A stretch of 64,000 nucleotides of DNA from Felis catus (Eukaryota): assembly GCF_018350175.1 (NCBI RefSeq), contig NC_058369.1:22012001-22076000 (forward strand), given 5' to 3'. This document shows positions 63,784-64,000 of this stretch, in pieces. Under the pieces are notes generated by a model. It had not been told where the DNA came from and searched no databases. It worked only from the letters and a program-made list of their open reading frames with translations. Both the position numbers and the translations under genes were made by a program. Position 1 is the first letter of the stretch; every line of letters starts with the position of its first letter.

Positions 63784-64000
63784 GGGATGTGTCAATTTAA
63801 GCTGCCTAATTCATTTTTAATGTGGGTCAGAGTTGTCATCTTCACGCGCCTTTGTCTCTTCACACCTAGGCTGCTGCTGACATGCTTGCCTCATCAACAA
63901 AGCTTAATTAACAGAGCCGGGAAGGTGACACACAGGGCTGACAATGCCGAGCATGGCTTTCTGCCTGCCCAGAGAGCCTTTGGGGTGGCGTCCCTCCCGA

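Overview
Mammalian genomic DNA from a felid (cat family), identified by about 21 carnivore tRNA-derived SINEs, including very young SINEC_Fc-type copies, and felid/carnivore L1 3' ends. It is almost entirely non-coding: SINEC, L1, L2, MIR, MaLR (MLT1) LTRs, hAT MITEs (MER58B, MER53), microsatellites and one 34-bp minisatellite, separated by unique stretches that look like cis-regulatory DNA. The only recognisable gene-derived sequence is a 5'-truncated MORF4L2 (MRGX) processed pseudogene at about 39.64-40.48 kb. Nearly all L1 fragments and all three LTRs lie on the minus strand, which suggests a large intron of a plus-strand gene; I could not identify that gene or any of its exons with confidence. 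The ORF track is essentially noise, apart from L1 ORF1/ORF2 remnants and the MORF4L2 fragment. I see no evidence of a novel biological system. The most notable items are the retrocopy, which has an open 97-aa frame and terminal-exon-like signals, and a 110-bp locally templated insertion. Repeat family names come from recalled consensus sequences, and boundaries of old repeats are approximate.
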